From Peribolospora baueri (Eukaryota), in NCBI GenBank assembly GCA_029717555.1, contig JAMDHS010000043.1, forward strand, positions 1 to 64,000: a stretch of 64,000 bases of DNA, given 5' to 3'. This document shows positions 62,249 to 64,000 of this stretch, one piece after another (within the stretch, counting starts at the first letter, position 1; each line of letters begins with the position of its first letter). A model generated the notes under the pieces. That model did no database searches. It had not been told where the DNA came from and saw only the letters and a program-made list of their open reading frames with translations. The translations under genes were made by a program, and so were the position numbers.

Positions 62249-63806
62249 CTATACGAGCGACCGTCTGACAAACAGAATGCTCAAGGGGTAATATACATCT
62301 ACTTCATCCTCCCAGTCAATCAACTTTGCTTCTTCCTCTTCTTCGCTCGCCCCCACGTCGGCATCGGCCTTGGCCTGAGCCCATCTGGCTTCGTTGAACC
62401 ATTTCCCCATCAAGTCTTGGTTTTGCTCCGCCCGCCCTTTGTCCTCCGGGTGTTCGGAAAGGTATGACACATATCCGGACGAACTTCGGTACATATCGAT
62501 GAATTTAGCAAAGGTCATCTTCGTCCTGAAGACGGCCTGTGGTTGACTCGCACCCTCCTGGTCGGAGGGGTACAGGATGCGTTTCGCCCACGCCGGCAGA
62601 GGCTCAGGCTCGGTACAATTCCAGAAAGTGGGATCGACGTCCAACTTGAGGTGGAGGGTATCCGAGGGGACAAAGGGCGGAGGCGATGGCATGGGAATCG
62701 AGTCAAACAAAGTCGCTTGCAACACATAACCCGACGTCGGTGACTGGAGGCGTATGTCCGAGTGCGAGCATAATGGAACGATTACGAGCGGGAGCAAAGA
62801 ACAGGAGCAGGAGCCGTGAGAATGGTTGAGATGTCCATCAGCCATGCCTTTCGTTCCTCCTTTCTCCTGGTTCCAGAATAAGGTGCATTCTTCCTTTCGG
62901 AACCCTCACCGTATCATAGTAATTTCCGAGGCCATCTGGATCGTAGAATAGATCGTGAACATATCGGTTGAGAACGGGCTTGCCGACGACCAGCCTCGCA
63001 GGGTAGCCCTGTCGTAGATACGAAACAAACGAGAAGGATAAGAGGATAGGGACAAAAGGACTGAGTGACAAGACATTTCGACCCCTCGCATCTTTGATTG
63101 ACGACTATGCTCACCCAGAAAGCGAGCGTCCCGCCTTTCCTCACAATCCTGGCCATCTCGTTCCAGACCTTGGCGCCGCCGGGTTCACCGAACCAGTCGA
63201 ACCAGTGTACAGCGGTGGCTGCGACGACGAGATCAACGCTCTGATCGGGCAAGCCAGTGGCCTCGCCAGAGCCCTCCTTGAAGGCTATAGTGTGGTGAGA
63301 AGGAAAAGGGGGAACGCCGGGGATGGAGGATGGGTCTAGGGAACTTGCGGTGGAAACCATCGCGGCGGAAAGGTCGACGCCAGTTACGGTGGAGAAGCGA
63401 GAGAGAAGCGGAAAGGTTCCTTGCCCTGCGCATCCATTTGCAAGCAACGACGGTGACGAGAGGAGCGGTCAGAAAGAGATGGGGTGAGATAGATGGTGGA
63501 TGATCCGGCTGCCATAGACAGCTCCGTCTATCGAGCGTACTTATAAGACCCATCGGCCTTCGCCGCTTGCTCACCAATCCCACAGCCCACGTCGACAGCT
63601 GCCTCCCATCTAGCGAGATCGAGATTGGCGACTGTATGAACTTGGTTTTCTGTCTTTTCTCCTCCTGCTTGACCGAGGTTGGCAGCACTGCTTGCAGCAC
63701 CTTGGGCATGATAGGCGAAGACGAGATCAAAGATGGTCTGGGGATAGAAGGGCCGAGCGCGGACGTAATCGCGCGCGTCGAACGTCTTATGTGAGAAGGA
63801 GGCCAT
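62249..63806 (-). CDS. Class I SAM-dependent methyltransferase (Crg1/Tmt1-like), multi-exon
   Basis: MASFSHKTFDARDYVRARPFYP; AVDVGCGIG/QGT; VTGVDLSAAMV; SVDLVVAATAVHWFD; RIVRKGGTLAFW; C-terminal YYPLSILFVRR. Confidence 0.88.
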
Positions 63807-64000
63807 GGCGGAGAGTCGGGCATTGTGAGGTGGGTTAGGTGAGCAGATCGTAGAACGCCTGCTATCTTATCACATCGCGGAGCGGATCACGCCATTGACC
63901 GCAGCAAGAAGACCGGCAAGTGGAGGTCGACGTCGTGTTGGACGACGTGGAAGTCGGCTTCTCGAGCGGCGTCGCCGAGTCGTCTGATGGCAACATCGAC

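Noticed and set aside
63890..64000. Coding-looking sequence at the right edge
   Set aside because: Too short, and strand and frame are ambiguous.

Overview
Eukaryotic, GC-rich, intron-dense fungal DNA. The gene set and GTGAGT/CTRAC/YAG splice signals point to a basidiomycete; the exact lineage cannot be fixed from sequence alone. The backbone is ordinary spliced genes: a Kre9/Knh1-like secreted protein (partial), KRI1 head-to-head with UTP20, a monoglyceride lipase-like hydrolase divergent from a phenylalanine/tyrosine ammonia-lyase, oligoribonuclease, a Pcl-type cyclin behind a ~9 kb gene-poor region, a twin-CX3C hypothetical protein, VLCFA 3-ketoacyl-CoA reductase, a mitochondrial RRM-like protein, a WHIM-domain protein, a USP-domain protein, a Zn2Cys6 factor, a Swa2/auxilin-like protein and a SAM methyltransferase. 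Two scrambled islands interrupt this backbone, and each holds a small secreted-protein gene. Island 1 (~1.3-4.4 kb) is a mosaic of host-gene fragments (FG-nucleoporin 5' exons ending in a perfect fold-back hairpin, and an internal piece of purine nucleoside phosphorylase) around an intact ~120-aa secreted protein. Island 2 (~40.4-44.3 kb) is a Gypsy/chromovirus and LINE graveyard in which inverted RT remnants flank a Gly/Phe-rich Kex2-processed repeat peptide precursor. Gene models were built by eye from splice signals and family motifs; no database search was run. No rRNA, tRNA or CRISPR array was recognised.
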